Source: Octopus vulgaris
Taxonomy: Eukaryota
DNA length: 64,000 nucleotides
Assembly (NCBI GenBank): GCA_951406725.2
Contig: OX597831.1
Coordinates: 75,082,001 to 75,146,000, forward strand
Reading direction: 5' to 3'
In this document: positions 37,204 through 50,519 of the stretch, piece after piece
How the letters are laid out: each line of letters begins with the position of its first letter
How positions within the stretch are numbered: the stretch's first letter is position 1
Translations under genes and position numbers: made by a program
The notes under the pieces: model-generated
What the model was told of the DNA's origin: nothing
What the model saw: the letters and a program-made list of their open reading frames with translations, nothing else
Database searches by the model: none

Positions 37204-40200
37204 GTTGAGTCTATAAACAGATTGGCTGCTTGTATCTCCGGGTGGATAGGGGCCAAATTGATGCAGATGCCACCTTTGCTGTGAACCCAGTAAAGGTTTG
37301 AAAATCGATTAAGGGCTGGTCATCATTGTTTTGTCCAGCCACAGACTAATAGTTACATCTGCCCAGTTCATATCATCCACTACATTGGGAATGGCATCCA
37401 GCCATATAACGTCCATAGCAAAACAGACAATGGAACTGGTTTGCCAGCTTCTGTCAAACCATCCAGTCCATGCCAGCATGGATGATGATGATGATATTCC
37501 TTCTCTTCATAGAGTCCTGTGCCTTCTATACTCCAACATTTACCTACAGCAACAACTTCCCCTGTATTTCTTGTTTCTTCCAACCCTCTTTCACCTTCAA
37601 GAATCTCCTTCACTAAGACTTCATTCAGCTATTTACTTAAGCAATTCTTCATGAATCTAGTTTCCAAACCCTTGACAGCATTCTTATAAATAACTCACTC
37701 TCTCAGACACACCAACCATCATAATTTACAGAGCAAAGGTGTCTATGTCTGTACCTAAAATCTGAAAGGATTAGCTGTCTTAAGATAGCAATTGAAACCC
37801 ATTAAAACGGTTCAGTTCAAAACCCATGTCTCTTCTCTGGTTGTGTTTCTCGACATAAACTTACATCTATGTTCATCTTAAAAGGATAAATGAGGTTTAA
37901 TTAAACTTATTCCTTTATGAAATTGAATTACTCCATTGATAATGATTTAGTCGTTGCTATCAGCTGTAATTGGAGATGTAGAGGAGTAGAGCTGCAAGGC
38001 CTGGGATTTTGAAGGGAGGTGATTAAGTGATAGCCTTGACCGTTGGTATGTAACTAGGGAAGGAGCATAGTCTGGTGGTCAGGGTGTTGTACTTTTGATT
38101 GCAAGATCCTGGTTTCAGTTCCCAGACTGAGCAGCAGATTGTGTTCCTGAGCAAAACACTTCCTTTTCACATTGGCCCAGTCCATTCAACTGTAAAATGG
38201 GTACACCCTGCAATAGATTGGTGTATCAGGGTGGGGATAACAAGCTACATTTCATTTTATATTCAGCAATTGAAAGAACGAACAGTACAACCAGTACTGA
38301 GGACCCCAACTAGTTGGGATTGGTGGTTCAAATCCTGTGAAGGGCTGAATGAAACTTGACTGGCACATTATTTTATCAACCCTGGAGGGATGAGAGGCCA
38401 AACTGAACTTGGAATGTAAAAAGTCAGGAGAAATTTGAGGACAGCACATCCAAAAACCCAGTCTTCAATTAATGAGGAAGAAAGGAGTTTTAACTACACT
38501 TTCCCTATGGGAGAGAGCATTTATAAAGTTATATATTAGTACGTCCTTCCAACTGATTTATGGGTTTCCATTCTCTACCCTTGGGTTGCCCTACCTTTAA
38601 ATTTCTTTGGGGTATGTCGTTTTTGTACCTTTAGATCTTTGCACAACTGACAGCACAGGTGGTATTCCCTACTGTAATTGCAGTAGTATTAGTACACATG
38701 GGCTGACTAAATATCTCGGTTATTTTCATGTTTAAAGTAAACCCTCTGTTTCATTGATCCCTTCCCCCAAATTAATGCATTTCAGATTTAATGGTTAAGC
38801 ATTTTGTTATGTTTATATATTAATTATATTCTATTGTTAATTAGTCCCAAGTCAGACTTGCAAACCCATGGCCAAAGATGTTCAGCACCACCGTTCCCCC
38901 CCCCCTCCTTTTTCTTTGTAACACTGTAGTACTGGATACAGATGTGATGACCTTCTTTTTCTAAGATGGTAGGGTGTGATTTGAATGAGATTTGGTTGCC
39001 ATTTCTCCTACTATCAGTGACCATATACAATCAACATTGTCATTGTTTAACATCTGTCTTCCATGCTGGCATGGGTTGGACTGTTTAACCGGACCCAATA
39101 AGCTGGAGGACTGTGTCCAGCTCAAATGTCTGCTTTGGCACAGGTTCTATGGCTGGATACCCTTCCCAACCATTTCACAGAATCTACTGGGTACTCTTTT
39201 TTTTTTCTTTATGACTGACATAATGTCAGAGTAAGGTCAAGTAAATTACAAAGGAAGAAAAATAGAGATCTTTCAATTATTGTATTACAATTACATTTTT
39301 TACAATAAAATATTACCTTTGATTTAACAAACTCCACATTCACAAACATATCTTTCCCTGCCACTTACTTTACTCTGTTAATTAAAGCATTTACCATATT
39401 GTAATCTTAATTACAACAGCAGCAATAAATGTTAATACTGAAAGAAATAGTTATAAAGATGTGTGTGTGTGTGTGACAAATGAATAGGAGTTGCGTAATC
39501 ATTATTAGCATATAACTGTTTCGGCTAAAAGAAACGAAGCTGTAAGCTAACGGAGGTTATTTACATGTCTCATGTCCTTTATTAATTAATGTTAATTAAT
39601 GTTCTGTTCTGACCTTTTAGATTGTATAAGTGTCTAGAGCAGATAACATCAGACAATCCATACTTGCTTGCCACTGGGCCTTGCTAATACTGGTGAACCA
39701 TAACTAGACTGGGGTTTAACAACTGGTTATTTTGGGTATTTCTAGGACTGGATGGAACTATAATTAATATGGTCTCCCTGTGTCATGGTCAGTTTCTATA
39801 GAAGTTTCTCTGAAATTGAGTGAATTCATTCACAAGTGATCAGATGGGACAGTTTATATTTCATTTCAAAATTATTAAAATCATTTCAAACTGGTTTTAA
39901 ATTCTGGATAGGGCATTGGTGTGACCAGGTGACTGGTTCGATAGGGCATCCCCATAACTGAGGTACCAGGGTCTGGTACAACTTGTCACTGTAAACAGTG
40001 GAAGCGCTGTGTAAAATAGTTAAGAGCAGCCTCAAGTACCGAGTTAAAAGCCATTGGCTGTGTTGAAGCCAATCAAAGCATTATTCTTTGCCTTAACTGG
40101 AAAGTGACCCAGCACCAAGTTACTAAAAAGTTCCATGCTGATACTAGTTGTGTTTGTCTGACCATTAAAGTTATACCAATACATCACTAATAATAATAAT

Positions 40201-40767
40201 AATAATAATGATGAGCTTATTGCATGCAGTGCTCAAGTACACTACAATTCACCAGAAGACACTTAAACGGAGGACAGAGAGCACCTATAAGTCAAAGAAA
40301 GCCAAAAGTACCTGTATCGTACCCAGAAGTAGAGGGAAGCAGGGAATCTTTAGAGGATAACTTGTTTATTGTGGGTGTAGCTATGTGGTTAAGAACTTTG
40401 CTTCCAAATAACAGGGTTTAAAATCCTTCCCCTCTGCATGGCTACTGTTGGTGGTTCGTGTCTTCTACAATGGTGATAGTTTGAAAAACACCCCAGTGGG
40501 TGATCTTGGGGGGGGGGGGGGGGAATGCTTTAAGAAACCTATTGTATGTGTGTGTTTACAATCCTCTGGAATGGTATGACTAGTCATTTAGCTGTTGTTC
40601 AAAGGACTTAGGAGAAATGCTCCCTTAATACTACAAAACAGATATGGGTTGGTGGCAAGCAGAGTATCCGACTATAGAAAAATCCTGCCTCAAGTTTTGT
40701 CTGACAAGAAAAAATAGTCACCAAAACACACAAACACACATGAGCTCTCCTGTCATACATGAAATAT

Positions 40768-41164
40768 CTCTTTTACTTGTTTCAGTCATTTAACTGTGGC
40801 CATGCTGGAACACCACCTTTAGTCGAGCAAATCGACCCCAGGACTTATTCTTTGTAAGCCTAGTACTTAGTCTATCGGTCTCTTTTGCCGAACCGCTAAG
40901 TTACAGGGATGTTAACACACCAGCATCGGTTGTCAAGCGATGTTGGGGGGACAAACATAGACACACAAACACACACATACATATATATATATATACATAT
41001 ATACGACAGGCTTCTTTCAGTTTCCGTCTACCAAATCCACTCACAAGGCTTTGGTCGGCCCGAGGCTATAGCAGAAGACACTTGCCCAAGGTGCCACGCA
41101 GTGGGACTGAACCCAGAACCATGTGGTTGGTAAGCAAGCTACTTACCACAGAGCCATTCTTGCG
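40768..41164 (-). mobile_element. SINE family A, full length
   Basis: Reverse complement of the family A consensus. Confidence 0.92.
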
Positions 41165-41584
41165 TTCAATTTCATGCTGAACAATCTGCACAAATGATTT
41201 GCTTTATAGAAGTTGAATGTTTTTGCTGTCCATTAGCTGCCACCTCTCTTTATCAAACTGCTATCACCTGTAGAGGTGCACAGTGTGCCATGCAAACTGC
41301 CCAGTAAATTGAGAATATAAGGTTTGGCTTACCTTTCTGGTTGCAGTGGATTTTTGCAAGCATAGAACAATGGTTTTGATGGCAAGAGATTTTCTTCTCT
41401 TTCTCGGGGGCTGCTGTCTCAGGCGGACTCCCTGGTCGCTGGTCTGGCCCAAGGAAGGAATCCATCCTCTCACCCCTATTTCTGTGTTGTTGGCTCTCCA
41501 TTGCTTATGACAACAGTTCCAGTTGATCCAATGAACGGAGCAGCCTGCTAGGGAAATAGACATGCAAGTGGCCAAGCACATGGC

Positions 41585-41772
41585 TCATCATTATTGTTTG
41601 ACCGTGGTCGAGACAATGGAATTTACCATGCTACACCAGACTTCACGGTCCATCATGGCATTACGGAGGTCCTGTTGCTGGATGCCTGTATCCCTGGAGA
41701 TTACATCAGGGTAGGAGAGTGTGCGCCCTCTGGTATTGCGAGTAGATGGCTTCCAGAGGAGAAGAGTAGAAA
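41585..41772 (-). pseudogene. 3' end of a second RTE-like LINE lineage (ORF2 C-terminus, 5'-truncated)
   Basis: Minus frame ISTLLLWKPSTRNTRGRTLSYPDVISRDTGIQQQDLRNAMMDREVWCSMVNSIVSTTVKQ* immediately followed by TGATGA; DR..W is typical of RTE C-termini. Confidence 0.7.
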
Positions 41773-42045
41773 TGGCTCAGTGGTTAGGGGTTTGGGCTCA
41801 TGAGCATAAGGTTGTGAGTTCATTACCCAGCAATGTGTTGAGTTCTTGAGCAAGACACTTTTTTTTTTTCACATTGCTCCAGTGCATTCAGCTTGCCTAA
41901 GTGAGTTGTGCCTGTACTTCAAATGGCCAGCCTTATAACATTGTGTACCATACTGAATCACCTTGGAAATTACATTTAGGGTACGCCTGTCTGTGGACTA
42001 GTTGATGATGATGATGCACATTTAAATGGCCATTTGTACAATATG
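41771..42045 (+). mobile_element. Old tRNA/CORE-type SINE (family D relative)
   Basis: tggctcagtggttaggg...gagttcattacc...ttcttgagcaagacact; similar copies near 38060, 44316, 50180 and 62930. Confidence 0.7.
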
Positions 42046-42058
42046 TATTTTTGTGGTA

Positions 42059-42272
42059 CAAGGGGGTGCTGAAAAGTTCCTGGCTTTAAGGGTATCAGAA
42101 AATGCCTGGCTGTGGAGGTCCAACTTTCTGAGTTACAGGGCTTAGAAAAACTGAAGGACCTCTGCAGTAAGTGGTGTGAATCTGAGAGGGGGAATAGGTT
42201 GAATAAAATCATAATTAACTGATCCTCCTGTATTTTTCTTTTACCCAAAGCCAGGAAGTTTTCAGCACCCAA
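42059..42272 (+). mobile_element. Mariner-type MITE with transposase C-terminal remnant
   Basis: TA|caagggggtgctgaaaagttcctggcttt ... aaagccaggaagttttcagcaccc; internal GLEKLKDLCSK..CVNLRG..VE* resembles mariner C-termini. Confidence 0.8.
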
Positions 42273-43171
42273 TTACTTAGACATTATGGTAAAAATCAAA
42301 AACTACTCCCACACACCCCACTTTAACAAGAACTACCAACCTGAAATTACACCTTTACTTTAATTACATTACACACACACACACACACATGTATTGACAT
42401 CTTTAACGAACGTTAATTACACTAAACCAAATTAATGGAAACTTTTCTTCTATGGAAAGTAAAATCTATTAACAATTGTATAATTAGTTAACAATACTTA
42501 AATTGATTTAACTAATTCAGCTGATAAAACTGAATGAGTTTTAATGGACTTTGCCTCATCTGTAGAATTTCAGTCGACATTATTTGAGGAACTTCCAACA
42601 ACTGAATCTAAAATAACCGTTTGTTGTGGTTTCCACTTGATTCTCTTCCAAATGTTATCTTGCAATCCACATTTTGTTTTTTTTTTTAACATTTTATATT
42701 TAAATTATACAATTACTCGTTAGATATAATTACATAGATGTCACGTCTTCGTTTGTTCTTTAAAGTTTAAGTAAAACACATCAGTCGCTCATGCAGGAAC
42801 ATGGTATAAAAGCAATAAAAAATAAAAAAAACTTTAAAGAAATATAAATAAATACATATTGCAAGAGTATTTCACTTTCCTATGAATTTTTATTGTTTCT
42901 TCAGTGACTCTCCATTTTTGGAGTACTCTGGATATCAACTTGTATGTTACTGAACACCTGTAAATAAATGAAATAAAAGAACAGTGTTTTGTTAATTTAA
43001 AACATTTTTCACTAAAATATATTTACTTTAAACAAATATCTGTTACGTTAAATGAGAAGATTTAAGAAAATAGTCCCTCTCTCATATAGATATATATATA
43101 TAGATAGATAGATAGATAGATAGGTAGCCACTGCACACATTTTTTTTCTCTCCTTTTTTTTTCTGTGTCCC

Positions 43172-43208
43172 TTTCTGCAGAAGAGCGTAAGCTCAAAACA
43201 TAAAAGAC
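43172..43208 (+). ncRNA. Degenerate hammerhead motif (same lineage as 1211-1247)
   Basis: tttCTGcAGAa-gagc-gtaa-gctc-aAAACATAaaag. Confidence 0.4.
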
Positions 43209-43301
43209 ATTTTCTATTCCTGAGCGTTATACTAATACATCTGTTTGTTATTTACACCACCTGTCTTCATCTTTTGTTTTTTTTTTCGTGAACTCTCCCC
43301 T

Positions 43302-43334
<33 letters not shown>

Positions 43335-43390
43335 TATATGTATATACATATATAAATTAATCAAAATAAAAACATGATGCCAAGGATTCA

Positions 43391-43468
43391 GCGGTACATA
43401 TGTTTCAGGCCTTTATTAGACGGATTTATAACAATGCATAATGTGTGTCTATGGCCTTCTTCAGCCGC
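43391..43468 (-). ncRNA. Minimal type-I hammerhead ribozyme, intact core
   Basis: Minus: gcgg-CUGAAGA-aggcc..(41 nt)..ggccu-GAAA-C-auau-G-UA-ccgc; stems I and II pair perfectly, loop III palindromic. Confidence 0.85.
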
Positions 43469-43550
43469 GCACAATTACTACCTCAAGGACATGTATTACA
43501 TCAAAAATTCTACGTTGGGGATGCAAATCCTCTGTCGCGTACGACATAAT

Positions 43551-43887
43551 GCATATATATATATATATACATATATATACACATATATATATACACATAT
43601 ATACATACACATATATATATACACATATATACATACACATATATACATACACATATATACATACACATATATATATACACATATATACATATATATATAC
43701 ACACACATATATATACACACACATATATACACACATATATACACACACATATATATACACACATATATACACACATATATACACACACATATATATACAC
43801 ACACATATATACACACATATATATATATATACACACATATATATACATACATAATATACATACATATATATATACACATATATATAT

Positions 43888-43920
<33 letters not shown>
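43551..43920. repeat. Compound (TA)/(CA) microsatellite
   Basis: Irregular tatacacatata-type units. Confidence 0.92.
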
Positions 43921-43922
<2 letters not shown>

Positions 43923-44314
43923 GAATGAAGACAGTTGCATCACGAGGTACAAATCTCTAATTGAAGAGAGAACATGTGGAAGGGGTAGACCCAGGAAGAT
44001 GTGGGATGAAGTGGTGAGAAAGGATCTACAGGTGTTGGGACTCAGGCAGGGGACTGAGACTCCTGGCAGTTTGCTGTGCTTGGAAAGATATTCCCAGCTA
44101 AGCAAAGGCGTGGCTGTCCTTGCATATAGTCTTGTCCCCCTGCGACCCTCTCCAGCTGAGCATCCCTAATTTTTGCAGACTCCTAGGTGCTGGTGCACTC
44201 TGTACTGTAAAATGGTTGGCTTTAGAAAAGGGCATCCAGCAGTAGAAGCAATGCCAAAACAGACACTGGGGCCTGAGCAGCTGACCAGCATGGGAAACGG
44301 ACTTTAAATGATGA
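43921..44314 (+). pseudogene. RTE LINE ORF2 C-terminus plus 3' end
   Basis: [36 protein letters not shown]; ends ggactttaaatgatga. Confidence 0.82.
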
Positions 44315-44315
44315 A

Positions 44316-44606
44316 GGCATTTGGCCAAGTGGTTAGGGATGTTGCACTCACGATCGCCAGATCACGGGTTCAATTTTTGGATTGGGTAATACATTGCATT
44401 CCTGAACAAGTCACTTCATTTCACATCGCTCCAGTTTGGTCAGCTTCAAATGGGTACACCCTCTGATGGACTAGTCCTCCAATTAAGGTAAATATTGACC
44501 TGTTCATCTAAGACAGCAGGGTGGCATCCTTCAAAAGCTAAAATCATGCAAAAGCACATTGTGATCAGCAATGTTCGACATCTGATAGTCTGGTTGATCA
44601 CATGAT
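44316..44606 (+). mobile_element. Old family-D-related SINE
   Basis: tRNA-like head; 3' part is complementary to 44620-44710. Confidence 0.72.
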
Positions 44607-44619
44607 ATATATATATATA

Positions 44620-44893
44620 ACGTGACCGACCAGGCTATCAGATGTTGCTACACATCGCTGGTCACAATGCGCTTTGTATTGTTTTAGCCTTCAAATGATG
44701 CCACCCCGCTGGCTAAGCGAGCAGGTCAAGAGAAGAAAGTTGCAGCGAAAGAGTACAGCAGGGATCGCCACCACCCCCTGCCGGAGCCTCGTGGGGCTTT
44801 AGGTGTTTTCGCTCAATAAACACTCCGAACATCCGGTTTGGGAATCAAAACCACGAGTCCGCTGCCCTAACCAATGGGCCATTGCGCCTCCAC
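44620..44893 (-). mobile_element. SINE family D
   Basis: Matches 31498-31789. Confidence 0.9.
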
Positions 44894-44905
44894 ACACACA
44901 TTCAC

Positions 44906-44943
<38 letters not shown>

Positions 44944-45303
44944 AATGTGTGTGTGTGTGTATTGTAATTGAATAACCTAAATTATCAAATATTCTGTTGT
45001 TCCTTCAAAATTCATTTCTCTGATTCAGTAATAAGGTTTTTAATTTTAGGCCAAAAGACGATCCTTTTTAACTGGTGATTGGCATCAAATATTTCCATTG
45101 TGAAAGTTAAATGCAAAACATTATGTATTAGCCTAGAATCAAGTTGTGAACATCTATTGCATACACAGACACACACACACACATCTGAGTTGATTCACTC
45201 TGTCGATAGTCCGAGTTTCTCACCTCTGTCAGCTTCAAATGAGTAAATGAACTCCATAACATGTATTGTGTTCTTTCTTACTCTTATTTGTACATGGCAC
45301 CAA

Positions 45304-45713
45304 ACTCTTTTACTCTTTTACTTGTTTCAGTCATTTGACTGTGGCCATGCTGGAGCACCGCTTTTAGTCGAGCAAATCGAACCCGGGACTTATTCTTTGT
45401 AAGCCCAGTACTTATTCTATCGGTCTCTTTTGCCGAACCGCTAAGTAACGAGGACATAAACACACCAGCATCGGTTGTCAAGCGATGTTGGGGGGACAAA
45501 CACAGACACACAAACATTTACACATACATATATATATATATATACATATACGACAGGATTCTTTTAGTTTTCATCTACCAAATCCACTCACAAGGCTTTG
45601 GTCGGCCCAAGGCTATAGTAGAAGACACTTGCCCAAGATGCCACACAGTGGGACTGAACCCGGAACCATGTGGTTGGTAAACAAGCTACTTACCACACAG
45701 CCACTCCTGCGCC
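45304..45713 (-). mobile_element. SINE family A, full length
   Basis: Ends ccactcctgcgcc on +. Confidence 0.92.
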
Positions 45714-46333
45714 TATGTATGTATAATGTGCATGTATGTATAATCATAGATATGTGATTTCACTTCTATGGAAATAAAATCTCATTTCAATGTAACTGAG
45801 TGAAGGAAAAACGACCCAAAAAGATTGCATTGGCCCTCCTTTTCTTTCACCTCAACCCCCCCCCCCCCATTTCAAAAACCCTCTGAAAATAGGTTTCTTG
45901 TCATGATGTGTGATTGCACACGTGTATACATTTGTGTTAATGCTCGTTTTTGTATTCAGTTAGAATAAAAACAATTTTACATTAATCTGATGGATTGCTC
46001 TATACTTTTTGTAGAGTATAAATTTATTTTCTTACACAAGAATCTTATTGACTGTGACCTCGAAGTTTCAGCCAACTAACCCCTCATCAAGAACACCCCC
46101 CCCCAAAAAAAAAAGTTACATTACAAAAAAAAAGCTGACTGACCCAATTACTAACATTATAAATATTGGACTTTGTCCTTTGACCTTTATGTTGTCAAAG
46201 CAATGGATTAAATGCAATAAAACCAAAAATAAGTAAAACTATGGACACATAACAAACTGGACACACTTAAAATATGGACCCCTGCTTACAAAGTTCTACA
46301 TAATTGAATAAATTCTAAACAAATAACAACAAA

Positions 46334-46735
46334 GGCGCAGGAGTGGCTGTGTAGTAAGTAGCTTGCTAACCAACCACATGGTTCCGGGTTCAGTCCCACT
46401 GCGTGGCACCTTGGGCAAGTGTCTTCTGCTATAACCTCTGGTCAACCAAAACCTTGTGAGTGGATTTGGTAGACAGAAACTGAAAGAAACCCGTCTTATA
46501 TATGTGTGTATATATATATATGCGTGTGTGTGTTTGTCCCTCTAGTATTGCTTGACAACTGATGCTGGTGTGTTTATGTCCCCGTTACTTAGCAGTTCGG
46601 CAAAAGAGACCGATAGAATAAGTACTGGGCTTACAAAAAGAATAAGTCCTGGGGTCGAGTTGCTCGATTAAAGGCGGTGCTCCAGCATGGCCACAGTCAA
46701 ATGACTGAAACAAGTAAAAGAGAGACTAAAGAGTA
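46334..46735 (+). mobile_element. SINE family A, full length
   Basis: Starts ggcgcaggagtggc. Confidence 0.92.
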
Positions 46736-46885
46736 ACCCCAAATTTAATCAAAAATTTCTCCAAAACACCCCTCCATAACAATCCACCCTAAAACCTAAT
46801 TAACAGTCCACCCCAAACACATGTAATAAAGGAAGGCTTTAACACAACAGAGATTATATAAAACTGAGATTAACTTCAGTGCATC

Positions 46886-46933
46886 ATCGTCTGATGATGG
46901 CTTCACTGGCTGAAACTTAGAAGTCACTGTCGA
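46886..46933 (+). ncRNA. Tentative hammerhead motif
   Basis: CTGATGA-t-ggc-ttcactg-gct-GAAA-C-ttagaa-GTC; stem I is weak. Confidence 0.3.
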
Positions 46934-47181
46934 TAATACTTTTGTTTCAGAATAAATATATAAGTGAATAGAAATGGATGTCTGGTCTCAGCCTCTGCAT
47001 ATGAATTTGGCTGTGCCATCAGCCAGAGCTGCTTCAACAATGTGTGTCTTAGGATGAGATATTATCATCTTCGGTGGTCGTGATTGCAAAGGCAGACAAA
47101 ATGATGTTCATACCTACAACATAGGTAAGCCAGTTTGGTGATACTTCTATTAACCCTTTAGTGTTTAAACCGGCCATATCT

Positions 47182-47417
47182 AGCACCATCCGATCGTGGC
47201 CGTTTGCCAGCCTCGTCTGGCACCTGTGCCGGTGGCACATAAAAAAAGCACCCACTACACTCACGGAGTGGTTGGCATTAGGAAGAGCATCCAGCCATAG
47301 AAACACTGCCAGATCAGACTGGGCCTGGTGCAGCCTTCTGGCTTCCCAGACCCCAGTTGAACCGTTCAACCCATGCTAGCATGGAAAGCGGATGCTAAAC
47401 AATGATGATGATGATGA
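47182..47417 (+). mobile_element. RTE LINE 3' end (family C)
   Basis: Core motifs and (GAT)n tail. Confidence 0.85.
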
Positions 47418-47477
47418 ATGTATGTATATTTACATTATATATATATAAAATTATTAAAAAGGACAACAAACGTTAAG

Positions 47478-47658
47478 GCAAGACAAACATCTCAAGTCAT
47501 TATTATTGGAAAAATTCAAAGACTTACAACTGTTTCTGGGATATTCCATCATCAGAGACAAATACTTGTTTCTGATGAGGAAATATCCCAGAAACAGCTG
47601 TAAGACTTCGAATTATTCCAATAATAGTAACATATATGACTTGAGATGTTTGTCTTGC
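47478..47658. mobile_element. Palindromic non-coding element with a hammerhead motif on each strand
   Basis: Arms meet at a 4-nt loop (atac); + 47568-47606 gttt-CTGATGA-ggaaatatccca-GAAA-C-agct-G-TA-agac; - 47521-47559 CTGATGA-tgg-aatatc-cca-GAAA-C-agtt-G-TA. Confidence 0.82.
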
Positions 47659-48192
47659 AGATATATATTTATATATCCGGTATATCGGAAATCTAAAATG
47701 GTTCCATAACTCCTATCTCAGCTATAACCTCGGAGCCCATTACAGCACTTACCTAGCATACCTAGTAGTTTAGATCACCTGTGAACTAAACCCGCCACAA
47801 TTTGTGTGTGTGTGTATATATATATATGTATATATACCAAAAAATAAGCAACAAGAATGGATCAGTAGTTTAGTACAATTGTTTCATACTATAAACATTT
47901 TATTAAAGCTGCAAAAATTACAGCAAATATAATGTCAAGTAATCTTTATATATATATATATAAATAAAACATATGCATATATATAAACATATATGTACGT
48001 ACCTACCTCTACATGTATATATACACGCATATATGAGTACAGGACACCAAAAAAAACGTCGAACACAATGAGAAACGAAAACATAGACACAAACCCAAGG
48101 AACTGGACATTTTTTTAAACAACAAAAAAATAGAGTACAGGACAATTAACACAAAGAAAAAACCCCTTCTTCAGTCGCCATGGTTTCATCTA

Positions 48193-48233
<41 letters not shown>

Positions 48234-48769
48234 TTCGTCTAATATAAAATACCTGTATATCATCTCTAAACCTTCTAAGATATCTCTATATATATATATA
48301 TAGGTATGTATGCATTCATATATGTATATATACATTATGTGTGTAGATATGCTTAAAGATGTGTATACACATACTACACAGAACAAAGGAAAAAGAAACT
48401 TTTACATACTGTAGTTCCCAAATTTGGTATATCTATACTGTGGAAGTATTGGCTGGAAAGAGAAGAGAAGAATAGAACTTGTTTTGTGTCCACATTCATA
48501 ATAATAATAATAATAATTCAGAGGTGAGAAGCTAAATAAATATAAAATCATTATTTAATGTTTGATAATCAAAAAAAAAATATTTACATTTTCGAAAAAA
48601 AAAGCAAACAAAGCAAAAAAAATGCTTTTCTTTCTAAAAAAAAAAAGTTTTTTTCTTTCCTAAATTATAATTTTTTGTTTTTATTTTTTCCTTATATGTA
48701 AATACTTATGTGTGTGTATCATAAATATACATACACATGTATGAATGAATATGTACACACAAATATATA

Positions 48770-49000
48770 CATACACATGTATGTTATATATATATATATG
48801 TATGTATATGTGTGTATATATATATATGTATGTATGTGTATATATATATATATATGTATATATATGTATGTATATGTGTATATATATATGTATGTATGTG
48901 TATATATATATGTATGTATATGTGTATATATATATGTATGTATATGTGTATATATATATGTATGTATATGTGTATATATATATATATATATACACACATA
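48770..49000. repeat. Compound (TA)/(TG) microsatellite with ~22-bp periodicity
   Basis: tatatatatgtatgtatatgtg repeated. Confidence 0.88.
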
Positions 49001-49499
49001 CACAGATTACTGGACCTTAGTTTTTCTTGAATTATAAACAATCATATTCCTTGAATATTATTATTATTAATTTTCCTGATTAGTAGCAGGGGTGGGGGTG
49101 TCATATAAATGTTTCATTTTATATATATATATATATATACATACACACACACACATATATATATTCTATATATATTTCTGACATTACAAGACTAGATAAT
49201 AACTTGGTGGAATAAAAACAATAAATACAAAATGAAAAATATGTTCATTTCATTTTTCACCATTTTAAGAGAGAAAGAGATCTTTTGTTTGTATTTCCCC
49301 CCCAATTTTTTTTTTGGGGGGGGTCTTTGAGAATCTTTTTGTCGTTGTTGTAATTCTCCAGATTGTTTGATATAGAAGAGGAGTCGGACACTTTTCAATG
49401 TTAATTAACATTGTGTGTTTTTTTTGTGTGTGTAGCACCTGGGTATTGTGTCAAAAAAGGTATCTGGATGTGAATAGGAGCAGGGACATCTGTAATGCT

Positions 49500-49790
49500 A
49501 AGAAGTTTGCTTCCCAACCACATGGTTCCGGGTTCAGTCCTGTTGCGTGGCACCTTGGGCAAGTGTCTTCTACTATAGCCTCAGGCCGACCAAAGCCTTG
49601 TGAGTGGATTTGGTAGACGGAAACTGAAAGAAGCCTCCTTGTACTTGTTTCAGTCATCAGACCATGGCCATGCTGGGGCAGAGCAAATCAGCCCCAGCCT
49701 CATACGTAATCTATTGGTTTCTTTTGCCAAACAGCTAGGTTATGGGGATGTAAACATACCAACACTGGTTGTTAAGCAGGGTGGGACACA
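49500..49790. mobile_element. SINE family A 5' part (+) fused to 3' part (-)
   Basis: ...gaaagaagcc|tccttgtacttgtttcagtca junction near 49635. Confidence 0.72.
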
Positions 49791-49807
49791 CACAGATGTG
49801 TGGGTAT

Positions 49808-50162
49808 ATCATCATCATTGTTTAACGTCCATTTTCCATGCTGGCATGGGTTGGATGGTTTGACTTGGGACTGTCAAGCCAGGAGGCTGCACCAGACTCC
49901 AGTCTGCTTCGGTATGGCTTCTACCACTGGATGCCCTTCCTAATGCCAACCACTCTGAGAGTGTAGTGGGTACTTTTTACATGCCATTGGCACAGGAGCC
50001 AGTTGGGATGAGGAGGCTGGCATCGGCCACATTTGGATGGTGCTTTTTACATGCCACTGGCACAGGAGCCAGTCAGGGCAAGGGGACAGGCATTGATCAT
50101 GTTCGGATGGTGCTTTTTACGTGCCACCTGCACAGGGAGCCAGTCAGGTGGCACTGGCAACG
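49808..50162 (-). mobile_element. RTE LINE 3' end (family C)
   Basis: Tail, core and three internal subrepeats. Confidence 0.82.
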
Positions 50163-50519
50163 ACCCACAGATAAACACGTGAAGGTGCATAGCTCTGGTT
50201 AGAATGTTGGACTCACAATCATGAGGTAATGAGTTCAATTCCTGGAACAGGCTATGTGCTCTGTTCTTGAGCAAGACACTTTATTTCATGTTGCTCAAGT
50301 TCACTCAGCTGTAGAAATGAGTTGTGACATCAATGATGCCAAGTTGTATCGGCCCCTTGGATAACATCGGTAGTGTGGAGAGAGGATGCTGGTATGGATG
50401 GGCAACTGCTGGTCTTCCATAAAACAACCTTGCCCGGACTTGGGCCTCAGAGGGGAGACTTTCTAGGTTACAATCCCATGGTCATTCATGATTTTTACAT
50501 ATATATGTATACACACTTT

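Noticed and set aside
39510-39530. Minus-strand ccGAAACAGTTA half motif
   Set aside because: No upstream CUGANGA box.
41264-41581. 105-aa minus-strand ORF with a gtaagc donor as a host exon
   Set aside because: No recognisable protein features or acceptor, and it is flanked by retroposon pieces.
47870-48180. Split hammerhead (CTGAAGA near 48170 and GAAACAATTGTA near 47880, minus strand)
   Set aside because: Boxes are ~290 nt apart and neither stem I nor stem II pairs.
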